Assembly: GCA_963662285.2 (NCBI GenBank)
Contig: CAXXMV010000003.1
Coordinates: forward strand, 32,001-96,000
Length of the DNA stretch: 64,000 nt
DNA from: a bacterium
Lineage (GTDB): Bacteria > Hinthialibacterota > Hinthialibacteria > Hinthialibacterales > Hinthialibacteraceae
Direction of reading: 5' to 3'
The translations under genes were made by a program, and so were the position numbers. Positions 50,901-60,117 of the stretch are shown here, in pieces. The notes under the pieces were generated by a model that saw nothing but the letters and a program-made list of their open reading frames with translations, was not told where the DNA came from and made no database searches. Every line of letters starts with the position of its first letter. Positions within the stretch are counted from its first letter, which is position 1.

Positions 50901-52244
50901 GTGAATCACGCAATTATTCCAAAAAGAAAACCGAATGATGCTTACCTGCTTTTAGATTCTTACCTATTTAAAATTTTCACCAAAATAATCCCCATTGTAT
51001 TCTTGTTCTTCTTTTTTTATATTCATCGCGCTCAGCATTTTTCCGGAGATGGCGCCTTGATCGCCCGCATGACAGAAGGCGGTAAATGGTTAGTCAAGAA
51101 CGAATTGCTATCTCAGGCAGTGCTTCAGTTGGTTTATCAATGCGCATCGCCCTTCAATCTTACCGCCATTGAAATAATGAATATATTATCTTGTTTGTGC
51201 AGTGTATTCGCTATATGGATATTGTTAAAATTCAGCCAGTTATATCAACTGAAATTGAGCTGGCCATTGCTCTTGTTTGGCTCATCAGGTTTTTTGATTT
51301 ATGCTTGTGGGCATACCGAATACTATCCTATCCTGCTCCCCGCAATGTTTATTTATGGTTTTGCAGCTGTGCTTTATCTGCGTGATAAATGCAGCATTAC
51401 CGGCGCCGCTTTGAGTTTCGTCATCGCTTGCGGATTGCACTTTGGCATGTTGATAGCATTGCCTTCATTGCTGTTGCTGCCTCTGCTCAAGAAGCGGTTG
51501 AGTGATTGGTGGACTATAGCATTATGGCTTATATTGATAATTCCTCTGGTTTTGATCCGCAACTATCCCCAGATGCTTGGACATAAAGCCGCTGGATTAT
51601 CGCCCGCCTGGAATTTCCTGCCCTGGTTTCACAGTGAAGGCATGTATCGTCACTATGCTGTTTTTCAGTGGGGACATTTAGGGGATTGGTTGTATGCCTG
51701 GAGTATGCGTTCCTGGATATTCTGGATTGCCATTCCTGCGATTATTACATCTGTGATTGCCCAGGATCATTACCATAATAAATACCGGAACGAAAGATGG
51801 TTTTTATTTGTCTACACAATTTGCTTCACTGTATGGAGTTTTTTATGGCATCCCGATCTCGGCATCGAAGCGGATTGGGATCTCTTCGCCATAGAAGCGG
51901 CGCCATGTCTTTTATTATTGATTACCTTCATGCCGATCATTAAGCATCGAACTGTAATGCAGACCATGCTGGCCATAGCCTGCTGCGCATCGGTGATGAT
52001 CAATTACGCCCATATCCTACGCAAAACCGATTTTCCCCATCATGGATATGGCCAGGTTGAACTACATCTCAAGACGCCTATTAAGGCCGAATTTACTTTA
52101 GGCGGCTATAATCGGGACTTGTCAATGCCGCATATCAGCGAAGGAACCTATCAAGCGAAATTGATAGATCAGACCAACCGCCGGGTTCATGAGATGAATA
52201 TCGTCGTCGTTAAGAATCAGTCAACTCGTATTGTTATTGAATAG
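50901..52244 (+). CDS. Polytopic membrane protein, unknown function
   Basis: About 10 TMs; SGDG, EYY, DWDLF motifs. Confidence 0.55.
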   Translation: MNHAIIPKRKPNDAYLLLDSYLFKIFTKIIPIVFLFFFFYIHRAQHFSGDGALIARMTEGGKWLVKNELLSQAVLQLVYQCASPFNLTAIEIMNILSCLCSVFAIWILLKFSQLYQLKLSWPLLLFGSSGFLIYACGHTEYYPILLPAMFIYGFAAVLYLRDKCSITGAALSFVIACGLHFGMLIALPSLLLLPLLKKRLSDWWTIALWLILIIPLVLIRNYPQMLGHKAAGLSPAWNFLPWFHSEGMYRHYAVFQWGHLGDWLYAWSMRSWIFWIAIPAIITSVIAQDHYHNKYRNERWFLFVYTICFTVWSFLWHPDLGIEADWDLFAIEAAPCLLLLITFMPIIKHRTVMQTMLAIACCASVMINYAHILRKTDFPHHGYGQVELHLKTPIKAEFTLGGYNRDLSMPHISEGTYQAKLIDQTNRRVHEMNIVVVKNQSTRIVIE

Positions 52245-53040
52245 ATTTTATATATTGTTTCATCAATCGTTCAGAATTTCCACCCAAAATATCATTCAGA
52301 TCATCCTCTGAAAAGGGAAGCGATTTCAGGTAATCCAGATCGGTCTTCTGATCCGCCCAGGGCGAATCGGTGCCAAACAGAATACGTTGAGCGCCATGTT
52401 TATTAACCAGCGCCGTGAAATCCTCATCGGGAAAATGACCCAGTGAATAAGATGTATCCAGATATAGATCGCTTCCCGCCAAAACTTCCGCGACCTCTTT
52501 CCATTGATTAAATCCACCCATATGAGCCAGAATCATAACCATTTCGGGAAATTTCGCATGCAACGCTACGAAATCTTGAGGCGAACTGTTTAAAGTCGGG
52601 ATTCCAATATCATAACCTGCGTGAAACAGGGCGATCATATTTTCCTCAATTAATGCTTCATAAAGAGGAAACCAACGTTGGTCATTGGGATTGATCTTTT
52701 GGTATTCTGGATGGATTTTAACTCCTGGAAAACCACGTTTGGATAGGTCGCGAATCAAACCGGGAAGGTCTTCATAATCGGGATGGACTGCGCCAAAAGG
52801 AATTAAACGTTCAGAACGTAATGCGCCTGTATGCAGATTTATTTTATCTACCTGAGCCGGATGGGTTGCGACTGGTTGCAGCCACGAACAATCTATGCCT
52901 GCGTGATCCATTGAATCCAATAAACTACAGGTCCGCCCATCAATGGCGGCTGTAATGCCAGCGGTTTCAGCCATTTGAGGAACGCAACTAAGGGCGATTT
53001 TATCTGGAAAAGTATGAGTGTGAACATCAATTATCTTCAT
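52234..53040 (-). CDS. Amidohydrolase_2 family protein
   Basis: IDVHTH, GVKIHP, FHAG, AHMGG, FGTDSPW. Confidence 0.9.
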   Translation of the reverse strand: MKIIDVHTHTFPDKIALSCVPQMAETAGITAAIDGRTCSLLDSMDHAGIDCSWLQPVATHPAQVDKINLHTGALRSERLIPFGAVHPDYEDLPGLIRDLSKRGFPGVKIHPEYQKINPNDQRWFPLYEALIEENMIALFHAGYDIGIPTLNSSPQDFVALHAKFPEMVMILAHMGGFNQWKEVAEVLAGSDLYLDTSYSLGHFPDEDFTALVNKHGAQRILFGTDSPWADQKTDLDYLKSLPFSEDDLNDILGGNSERLMKQYIKSIQ

Positions 53041-53273
53041 TTATCCGTCTTCCAATCTCTATAACAGTTACATAGGTGAGTATATTACCATTATCTACAA
53101 AAATTCGGCCTAGAGTCAATGAGAATCAAATATATTTAATAATTCACCTGAAGAGAAGGATAGAACAAATACCACTATGACTAAACCAATAATGTAGGGT
53201 GCGCCTCTTTTAGGCGCCCGGATGTTCTCTCTTCCGTCAGGAGAGGGCTAGGGTATGGGGGGCTTTTCAAGTA

Positions 53274-54224
53274 TCAGGAATTAAGCCATTCAGCGAAACT
53301 GGAAGTTATGCGGTCACGGATACTGGCCATCAGGCTAGCCTCATTGGTTTTACCTTTTTCATCTGTAATGCTTGGAGGAGGATCGGCGTATTTTATGATA
53401 TCTTCAAGAAAATGAGTAACTTCACTTATTGTTTTGACTTCAGCGCGTAGACAATCAATATGATCGGTTAGTACGCTATCCAATGAATTCAATATTGTTG
53501 TGTTGATTTTATCTTTAACTGCGTCGAATTCCAAACCGCGTTCTTTTAATTCTTTCAAAGCTTGCACTAGAGCTTTAATCTTGGCTGGTTCCATTTTGAA
53601 ACTAGCGGATGCAAAATTAGGTATCAGGATTTCGCTGAGGTAGGTTTTAAAGAAGCCCGCAAGATGCAATTCGATATTATATATTTTGGCTTGAGATTCC
53701 AAAATATCTCTGAGGTATCCCACATATTTTGTAACCAGGGGATGAACTTGGTTATAGGTCGGCTTATCCTCTCCCATCAGGTCAAGCAGGCCTTTCTTCA
53801 TGTTGTATAATTTTACGGCCCGATCCGGCAATCTGTGTTCATATTTGTGCAGTACATCAGAATATTTATTTCGTTCGGTCAGGGTGAATTTATTATATCG
53901 AGATGTGAATAAGAAATAGGACAATTTCTTACAGCATTTGGCTGATTCCAGACTATCGTTGTAACTCTCGTTATCGCTGGTGGTTAAATATTCATAAAGA
54001 AGATCATCGCCTTTAAGTATGGAACTTATTTCACCTTGGACGCGTTGAGAAAAAAGTTTGTATTTCGCGGAATTTTTGAAGACAATCTCTATATTATCAA
54101 ATATCAATGCTCCATTAGGACAATTTTCAAACATCTTTTCACGAGGTATTTTTGGATTTTCACGAATGAATTCCGCAGCTACATCATCTTTTAATTGTTC
54201 GGCAGCTTGAATATAGGCTTGCAT
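53274..54224 (-). CDS. Hypothetical, predicted helical protein
   Basis: 316-aa open frame, no recognised motif. Confidence 0.55.
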   Translation of the reverse strand: MQAYIQAAEQLKDDVAAEFIRENPKIPREKMFENCPNGALIFDNIEIVFKNSAKYKLFSQRVQGEISSILKGDDLLYEYLTTSDNESYNDSLESAKCCKKLSYFLFTSRYNKFTLTERNKYSDVLHKYEHRLPDRAVKLYNMKKGLLDLMGEDKPTYNQVHPLVTKYVGYLRDILESQAKIYNIELHLAGFFKTYLSEILIPNFASASFKMEPAKIKALVQALKELKERGLEFDAVKDKINTTILNSLDSVLTDHIDCLRAEVKTISEVTHFLEDIIKYADPPPSITDEKGKTNEASLMASIRDRITSSFAEWLNS

Positions 54225-54649
54225 AGTTTTTATTGTACCTAATTGATATTGAAACCTTGCTGAGTATTTTAATGATTTTTTGTTTGTATTAAAAGGTTAA
54301 AAATAAATATATAACGTATATATACGTATCTCTTTCTATCTGGTTAACTTATAGAGATTCCTGTAATTTATTACTAAATTAACAAAAACAACTAAAATTA
54401 CATTACATCAAATCTAATAATCATATTATATATCTATACTAATCCATTTGATGGATTAAGTGAATACTTTTTTAATTTAATTTAATTTAATTCAAATCTA
54501 TTTATTAATGAACTAATAGTAAAGCCAACGATCAATAGAATAGCATTATTTTTAAAATATCGATAGATGTAATTCGATTGAATTTAAGTTTTTGTGTAGA
54601 TTAGGTTGATAATCACTATAAGTGTAGATAATATAATATAATACAAATA

Positions 54650-54689
54650 AATAATCGCCCGCGTAATCTGGTGTGCGCGGGCGATTATT
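54650..54689 (-). terminator. Terminator-like hairpin after the ABC operon
   Basis: AATAATCGCCCGCG-N12-CGCGGGCGATTATT. Confidence 0.6.
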
Positions 54690-54715
54690 CAGTGATAACT
54701 ATCGAGGTGGATCAA

Positions 54716-56023
54716 TTATATAGCATAGAAAGCCGGTTTCTTACGATAGGGCGCATTACTGCGGTGCAGCAGCAGCCACAGCCAAATTATGCTGATGAAC
54801 ATCAGGACTGCGAAGAAACTGATTCCCATAGTATTAATAATCATTACCATTTTATTATTGCCTAAACGGGAGTACTTGAAAAAAAACATTGGCCAAAAAC
54901 CAAGCACAACAAACATAAGGTTGGTGAAAATCAGGGATATCATTGTGTTCCATCTCAAGTAAAAGACCGACGCGCCTAGAAAAATGGCGACGCAAACCTC
55001 ATAGCAGAGCATAAATATCTTGAGATCAAAGTAGGAACATGCCGCTATCGGGAAAAAGAGCATAAAAGGCAGCAGGATGCAGTAAACCGAAAGTCGCGTG
55101 CGTGTAATGGGCAGGTTTGAGAACACGCGCAGCGCAACATAAAAATCCCGGGATATTCTTGCCAGTATTAAAACTGTGATAAGAAGAGACGCCAGCAATA
55201 TCATTTCAATTATGGTATTGTTATTGGAAAATAATTCTGCAATAACGTATACGCCAAAATTCAATAATATCAACAATAAAGAGCCAATAATGATGGATAA
55301 CACCGGTCTGGCCAAAAGCGCATCCCACCAACTAATCGAAGTATCTTGATCCTTCAAATCCCGGATACGACCAGTATCTTTTTCAGGTACTTGATCTTCC
55401 GGCATCTTGCGTTCTGACATCTTATCCAGAAACCGCGGCGCAAACCAAAATCCCCATGTTGTTAATAGCACAGACGCGCTGACCACCAGCATCTTTACAT
55501 TAAAACTGCTGTTCCACAGGTAAGCCAGGTAGCCGCAGACTATACAAAATCCAACAAACAATAAGCCATAAATAAATTCTGTTATTATTCCGGATTGTTT
55601 TTGATAAATGAAAGCTAAGTATATCGACCAGCTATTAGTTAAAAGCAGTGAGATCAAGAGAAAGGGCGCCAAATCCCAATAACTATACATTGCCGGAACA
55701 ACGTAATCACATGCAATTATTCCAGTGATCATTGTGACGAATCCTATGATTATTGGACTTATGACTGCTTCGAACCATAATGTCCTCGAAAGCGCCTCTC
55801 TTTTAACTGGTAGTGACTGAGCTGTCCTTCGTATATCGAGCCGGTGATAATCCAGCGTAAAATACCACCCCATTATAAAAAGTGCGATATATGAAAAAAT
55901 GATCAGCATATAGAAATCTTCATTTGAAGCCGAATAAGCGGCTAAACAGACGTAACATGGGATTACAAGACCAAATCCCGGAAGATAACGGCGCATGTAA
56001 TCTGCTAATAATCGCATATCCAT
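54716..56023 (-). CDS. ABC exporter permease-like membrane protein
   Basis: About 12 TMs in two halves, each with LPVxR/LPIxR; follows the ABC ATPase. Confidence 0.7.
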   Translation of the reverse strand: MDMRLLADYMRRYLPGFGLVIPCYVCLAAYSASNEDFYMLIIFSYIALFIMGWYFTLDYHRLDIRRTAQSLPVKREALSRTLWFEAVISPIIIGFVTMITGIIACDYVVPAMYSYWDLAPFLLISLLLTNSWSIYLAFIYQKQSGIITEFIYGLLFVGFCIVCGYLAYLWNSSFNVKMLVVSASVLLTTWGFWFAPRFLDKMSERKMPEDQVPEKDTGRIRDLKDQDTSISWWDALLARPVLSIIIGSLLLILLNFGVYVIAELFSNNNTIIEMILLASLLITVLILARISRDFYVALRVFSNLPITRTRLSVYCILLPFMLFFPIAACSYFDLKIFMLCYEVCVAIFLGASVFYLRWNTMISLIFTNLMFVVLGFWPMFFFKYSRLGNNKMVMIINTMGISFFAVLMFISIIWLWLLLHRSNAPYRKKPAFYAI

Positions 56024-56024
56024 T

Positions 56025-56903
56025 TTAGGCCTCCTTGGCTAAGGTCAGAGCGATGAATAACTCTTCCAAAGTCACGGGTGATTCAGAAATTTCCCGCGCT
56101 CCCATTGATTTAAGGCGGCTTTGGGCGTCGCTTTGCAGATCGATCAAGGCGCGCCAGCGGTTATTTGAATGCTCTTGTGGATAGACGCCATTGGTCTGTT
56201 CCAGCAGGCCGTTGTCATAGATGCAGTCAATCATGCAGAAGCGTTCCACTATATCTGAAGTCGGTCCTTCCAGCAGCATTTTGCCGTTTTTGATCATACC
56301 GATGTGATCGGTGAAACGTTCAATATCAGTCAGGCCGTGGGAAGAGATCAATACGGTTCGCTCTTCGTTTTGCACCGCGGCCAGTAGTTCGGTGAATATC
56401 TGCTTTTTGGATACTGCATCCACCCCTATCACCGGCTCATCTAGTAACAATAAATCAGGTTTATGTGATAAAGCGAGGATAACCGCCAGTTTGACTTTTG
56501 ATCCAAACGACATGGTACCGATCTTATCGTTCCAGCCGATGTTCATTTTTTCCATCAGTTCAACGCAATAGTCTTGATCCCAACTGGGATAGTATGGGCG
56601 GATGAAATGAATCAGCCTTTTGACCTTCTTCCAGGCGCCGAAAGATAGGTCGGGGCTGACATAGCCAATCCGGGCTTTTATGGCCGCTTCATTCTTGTCG
56701 TTATCAAGATCGAACACCTGAATGCTTCCATTATCTTTGCGTCCCATATTCATAATGAGATCGATAGTGGTTGTTTTTCCCGCCGCATTGGGGCCGATTA
56801 ATCCATAGATAGCCCCCTTGGGAACTGTTAAATCAATTGGACCGAGTTTGAAGCATTTGAAGGATTTTTCTAAATTACGTATTTCTATAGCATTAGCAGT
56901 CAT
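56025..56903 (-). CDS. ABC transporter ATP-binding protein (YtrB-like)
   Basis: GPNAAGKTT, MSFG signature, LLLDEP, SSH; ATG 56903 preferred. Confidence 0.93.
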   Translation of the reverse strand: MTANAIEIRNLEKSFKCFKLGPIDLTVPKGAIYGLIGPNAAGKTTTIDLIMNMGRKDNGSIQVFDLDNDKNEAAIKARIGYVSPDLSFGAWKKVKRLIHFIRPYYPSWDQDYCVELMEKMNIGWNDKIGTMSFGSKVKLAVILALSHKPDLLLLDEPVIGVDAVSKKQIFTELLAAVQNEERTVLISSHGLTDIERFTDHIGMIKNGKMLLEGPTSDIVERFCMIDCIYDNGLLEQTNGVYPQEHSNNRWRALIDLQSDAQSRLKSMGAREISESPVTLEELFIALTLAKEA

Positions 56904-57060
56904 TTTCTTTTTCCTCCATCTTTTCACGGATCAACCGCCGGGTCATTTCTAATATCTCGCATTCGCTCATGCCGGTTGCGGAGGCCTGATGCACCGCTTG
57001 CCGGATCATATAAAGATAAGTTGGATCAGGTTTTAACGCTTTAAGCTCTGCGTTATTCAT
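56893..57060 (-). CDS. 55-aa GntR paralog lacking the HTH (below the ORF-track cutoff)
   Basis: MNNAELKALKPDPTYLYMIRQAVHQASATGMSECEILEMTRRLIREKMEEKENDC; TAATG coupling to the gntR stop, AGGAGG upstream; C-terminal half aligns with the adjacent GntR tail. Confidence 0.7.
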   Translation of the reverse strand: MNNAELKALKPDPTYLYMIRQAVHQASATGMSECEILEMTRRLIREKMEEKENDC

Positions 57061-57476
57061 TATTTTGATCCTCCTTTAGCCTGGCGGATGATGCGGCGCG
57101 TCATGTCCAGTATTTCATCTTCACTCATACCCGCTTCGGCGGCTTCGGAGATTGCCTGCCGCATGAGTTTCTCAGCTTGTATACGTTTGGCTTCACGGTT
57201 GCGATCAGCGCCTTGTTCGGAGACGAATGTTCCCAGACCTTGTTTACGATAAATGATTCCATCATGTTCCAGTTCTTCATAAGCGCGTTTGACTGTGATA
57301 AGGCTGACGGTCAAATCTTCGGCCAGGTTGCGGAAGGATGGTAAGGATTGTCCCGGCGCTAATCGACCTTCACTGATTTCACGTTTAACGCCATCCACGA
57401 TCTGTTGATAAAGCGGCCCCGGCGCGGCAGGCGAGATCGGTGGTATGATTAGGTTTTTGATTGATGAATCCATCAT
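57060..57476 (-). CDS. GntR family (YtrA-type) regulator
   Basis: PLYQQI, LPSFRNLA, ITVKRAYEELE, QGLGTFV; AAGGAGG before ATG 57476/57473. Confidence 0.93.
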   Translation of the reverse strand: MMDSSIKNLIIPPISPAAPGPLYQQIVDGVKREISEGRLAPGQSLPSFRNLAEDLTVSLITVKRAYEELEHDGIIYRKQGLGTFVSEQGADRNREAKRIQAEKLMRQAISEAAEAGMSEDEILDMTRRIIRQAKGGSK

Positions 57477-57813
57477 TACCTCCTTGGTCCTAAAAACAGC
57501 GTTTAATTTTGACAATGTAAAAAAGAGTCATTTTCAATCAGTTTGATAAGAGAAAATTATCAACCCTCACCTAGACTCTCCTAATCCAGTAGGGGCAATC
57601 CTTCATGGTTGCCCGATGTGAAATACCCGTTGTTGAAATGTAACACCCAAACGTAAGGTCAACATGGGTGCCAAGGGTAGTGTACTTTCTACCCTTGAAA
57701 GCCACTCACGATTAAACAAACAGGGTGGGCTAAAAGCGAAGTGTAGTCCACCAAAACCCACCCAAGCTTAGGATCAGCGCCTCACTGAACCATAAGAAGA
57801 CTACTTTATGTTT

Positions 57814-57850
57814 TACTGTATATAATAAGCATATACAGTATGCGTGTCAA
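57814..57850 (-). promoter_or_regulatory. Promoter with YtrA-type operator
   Basis: TTGACA-N17-TATTAT on the minus strand, overlapped by perfect TACTGTATAT-N7-ATATACAGTA. Confidence 0.75.
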
Positions 57851-57895
57851 TGTTTTTTTGACTTTTTTTTGCCGATATACACAAGTGTTCACTTG

Positions 57896-57911
57896 TGGCA
57901 CAGAACTTGCA
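57896..57911 (+). promoter_or_regulatory. Sigma-54 promoter
   Basis: TGGCAC-AGAAC-TTGCA, consensus -24/-12. Confidence 0.7.
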
Positions 57912-57948
57912 CTAATACGTTTCCAACCATTTCAAAGGAGAAAAAATC

Positions 57949-58314
57949 ATGAACACCATTACTGCCAACGAATATGAACAAAGCGTTTCCCAGGTATTTG
58001 AGCATTGCATCACAAAAATCGCTGCGGTTCTGAAGAAAAACTTTAATCCCACTGAATCAAAATCGATCATGCTATTTCGATTATTCTGTATGTCAATCAA
58101 AACCCGAAACTCTTGGATAAAAAGTACGACCAGCGCCAAAAATAAAAATAATCAAAATCCCAAGAGTTCTGCCATGCCAATCAACCAAAATAAAGATAAA
58201 AACATCGATCTTCAAAAGGTTCTATCTTTTGATATCCCCCAAAAGAATGGCGCAGAGTACCAACATCCCATAAAACCGGAGCACATGAAGAGCGGATTGC
58301 TTATGAAAAGGTAA
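57949..58314 (+). CDS. Hypothetical protein (121 aa)
   Basis: AAAGGAG RBS and sigma-54 box upstream; no recognised domain. Confidence 0.55.
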   Translation: MNTITANEYEQSVSQVFEHCITKIAAVLKKNFNPTESKSIMLFRLFCMSIKTRNSWIKSTTSAKNKNNQNPKSSAMPINQNKDKNIDLQKVLSFDIPQKNGAEYQHPIKPEHMKSGLLMKR

Positions 58315-58521
58315 ATCTGGTTTTTTATTAATCCAAAAACGGCGGATAAAAATCGGGAAGGCGAATCTCATATTGTTGGTTATTTCTTTGTGAGGGTGGT
58401 TTATATCAACCCTCTCCTAACCTCTCCCAGTCTTGGGAGAGGAATGTATAACTACAGTATTTGGGATTACTAAGTCAAATTAATATAAATGGTTATATCT
58501 CAAAATCCCTCTCTTCCAAGT

Positions 58522-59094
58522 CTACTCTCCGTACACAAATCAAAAGAGGAGAATGAAACGGGGAAAATCATAGATCGGGGAACATCATAGAATGGGGAAC
58601 ATCAAAAAGGGGAGCATCAAAAAGGGGAGCATCGGCTTCTAGCCGGTGTGTCAAATAGAATAGAATAAGCCCCATTACGCATAATCATTTCCATAGAGAT
58701 AGGGGGATGAAAAATGAATAACCGATTTGTTTTGTGATGCCGGATCACGTGCACATCATCCTTACGTTATTGGAAATTCCAAACCTTGGATATCATTCGA
58801 TCACAACAATACTTCATAGCATTAAAAGTTATTCATCAATATAAGCAAACCGGTTAGGAAGGGATTGGATGAAATCGTAGAAGAGTATCCTTTTTTGTGT
58901 GAAGAGAATCGACGGGATTGGCACACCGGCTAGAAGCCGATGCTCCCCTTTTTGATGCTCCCCTTTTTGATGCTCCCCTTTTTGATGCTTCCCTTTTTGA
59001 TGCTCTCTGGTTATTGATAGAGTGTTTTTTCAGTTTATCAGAGGTAGGTGTATAGCCACTGCTTCAATTTCACAACAATGTGTACGGAGAGTAG
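58522..59094. mobile_element. Nested non-autonomous element: outer 16-bp inverted repeat enclosing an IR-flanked RAYT/IS200-type remnant
   Basis: CTACTCTCCGTACACA / TGTGTACGGAGAGTAG; inner IR GGGGAGCATCGGCTTCTAGCCGGTGTG with 15-bp tandem tails; interior VMPDHVHIIL, ILHSIKSYS, PVRKGL..EEYPFL. Confidence 0.72.
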
Positions 59095-59294
59095 CCCCCA
59101 AGTTGGGGGAGAATTCATGAGTGGGTTGTTTTCAAAAACTATTTTCCATTTGTCGTTATCATCATTATCCAACTGTTTTTTTTTGGAATAATCCACGTTT
59201 TTTTGAGTTGCTATTAATAAAGTGGCTTGAATTTCTTTGTTATGGATGTAGTATTACGTATATTCTATAAATAATACTTAAGGGGTCTGAAATT

Positions 59295-60113
59295 ATGAAA
59301 CGTAATACTGGGGTACTGACTGTATTGATTGCGTTATGCATGGTCGCAACCATGGTCAACGCGCAAACTGTTACTTCAATTGGAGAGATTAATCAGGTAG
59401 ATGATCAGGGTAATCCTGTGTTCGCAGGTTTGCAGACCACTGATAAATACACTATTGAAGGCGTAGCGGTTAACAGCACCGGCGCGTTTAATGGTATGAA
59501 TGATGATGGTTCAATGGCTACGGATTTCATCGTATTCGTACAGGATGAAACCGGTGGCATGCAGGTTTATTCCGGCGGCTGGTATGGCGGTGGAATGGCG
59601 CTTTATCCTGAGATAAAGCAGGGCGACCGGATTCGCGCTACTGGATTGACCGGGCATTTTGGCGGTAAGACCAATATGAACGACCGCCATAATCCTGACC
59701 AGAAATTTGAGATTACGGTGCTATCTTCCGGAGAAGAAATTAAACCTATCGCTATTGATAATCTGGCTGGCATAAATGATTTCGACCCAACCCGCGCAAC
59801 TGGCGGAGAGTATTACCAGGGACGTCTGGTTGAATTGAAAAACGTTGAGATCATTGAGGGCGAATGGCTGAATGGTTCCATGCTCACCGTTGCCGACGGG
59901 CAAGGGAATACATTTACTGTTGAATTGCGCCATGGCGCCAAAATCGCTGATTCCGCCCAACCGCAAGGTTTGCTGAATATCGTTGGAGTATTTGACCAGG
60001 AAGATCCCGAAGCGCCTTTTATGGAAGGTTATCTTCTCTGGCCGCGCTCCATCACAGATTTCACAGCTGCTGATGGTTCAAGCCAAGTCGATGAGTGGAA
60101 TCTTTACAAATAA
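59295..60113 (+). CDS. Secreted tandem OB-fold-like protein with C-terminal WxLY motif
   Basis: Signal peptide; FVQDETGG..VY, GDRI..TG, GRLV.L.NV, IVGVFDQ, LWPRSITD; ends SSQVDEWNLYK. Confidence 0.7.
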   Translation: MKRNTGVLTVLIALCMVATMVNAQTVTSIGEINQVDDQGNPVFAGLQTTDKYTIEGVAVNSTGAFNGMNDDGSMATDFIVFVQDETGGMQVYSGGWYGGGMALYPEIKQGDRIRATGLTGHFGGKTNMNDRHNPDQKFEITVLSSGEEIKPIAIDNLAGINDFDPTRATGGEYYQGRLVELKNVEIIEGEWLNGSMLTVADGQGNTFTVELRHGAKIADSAQPQGLLNIVGVFDQEDPEAPFMEGYLLWPRSITDFTAADGSSQVDEWNLYK

Positions 60114-60117
60114 TTGG

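Noticed and set aside
54230-54650. AT-rich tract as a replication origin
   Set aside because: No DnaA-box cluster or origin-linked genes seen.
59983-60117. Long N-terminal extension of the pseudopilin in the ORF track
   Set aside because: Overlaps the upstream gene; ATG 60118 gives a normal short prepilin leader.
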